27,362 nt of DNA. Origin: a virus (taxonomy: Duplodnaviria > Caudoviricetes). Position 1 is the first letter of the stretch; every line of letters starts with the position of its first letter. Made by a program: the position numbers and the translations under genes. The stretch is taken from positions 1-27,362 of IMG/VR virus record IMGVR_UViG_3300021335_001376. One strand, given 5' to 3'. This document shows, piece by piece, positions 27,062 to 27,362 of the stretch. The notes beneath the pieces are model-generated. The model had not been told where the DNA came from. It did not search any database and worked only from the letters and a program-made list of their open reading frames with translations.

Positions 27062-27362
27062 TTCCAATTTTCCTTCACCCAGTTATCTTGGCATTGGTGA
27101 GGGTGTGGTTCACCGTGAAAAACTGCTACACAAGTTTTAGGCAACAGTTTAGGATCTTTCTTTTCTCTAAAGTTGCGAGGTTGACCGGACGGTTTATGCA
27201 AATCATTTCTATCACGCATTTCCCATTTGTAACTTAAGATCCATTCGTCTGGCCAAAATCTCCAATCTTGTTTTTTAGGACCAACCATTTCAAAAATCCA
27301 ATCTTGGTCTCCGTGAAATCTACGTTGGTTCATAGCATGGTCTTTCATAAACTCGTCATATA
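27058..27362 (-). CDS. GT-A (GT8-like) glycosyltransferase, C-terminal part; 5' end outside window
   Basis: GDQDWI, SYKW, VAVFHGEPHPH; frame stays open to the window edge. Confidence 0.75.
   Translation of the reverse strand, partial: YDEFMKDHAMNQRRFHGDQDWIFEMVGPKKQDWRFWPDEWILSYKWEMRDRNDLHKPSGQPRNFREKKDPKLLPKTCVAVFHGEPHPHQCQDNWVKENWK

Noticed and set aside
1-27362. tRNA, CRISPR array, intron, IS or DGR elements, intrinsic terminators
   Set aside because: Intergenic gaps are all under about 60 nt; no arrays, reverse transcriptase, transposase or clear hairpin-plus-U tract seen.
1-27362. Stop-codon reassignment
   Set aside because: Genes are intact and tightly packed under the standard code; TAA, TAG and TGA all terminate genes.

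Overview
AT-rich, gene-dense window, almost all on the minus strand, from a large T4-like/jumbo-type myophage. It is probably aquatic, and its FdxA-type ferredoxin suggests an alphaproteobacterial host. Right to left in the direction of transcription: glycosyltransferase (partial), PMM-like HAD enzyme, UV-damage endonuclease, two small ORFs, a lone plus-strand Zn-ribbon gene, then a late structural block. That block holds IscA/HesB, a 2400-aa fibre with beta-helix and autocleaving chaperone, three fibre/adaptor proteins, a subtilase and an Ig-repeat protein. Next come a DnaE (Pol III alpha) fragment, GroES, MazG, a 5'-nucleotidase, a DEDDh exonuclease, a clamp loader, a kinase/nucleotidyltransferase pair, ferredoxin, parvulin, FkbM and a 2OG-Fe(II) oxygenase (partial). 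Two promoter classes are visible: consensus sigma70 and T4-like late ATAA(A/G)TA. The most notable observations are window-wide avoidance of GCWGC, a subtilase with a ~300-aa putative metalloprotease nested between its catalytic Asp and His, an intein-free split DnaE on a probable leaderless mRNA, IscA heading the tail-fibre operon, and a GC-elevated UV-repair gene. All calls come from motif recognition by eye; no searches were run.
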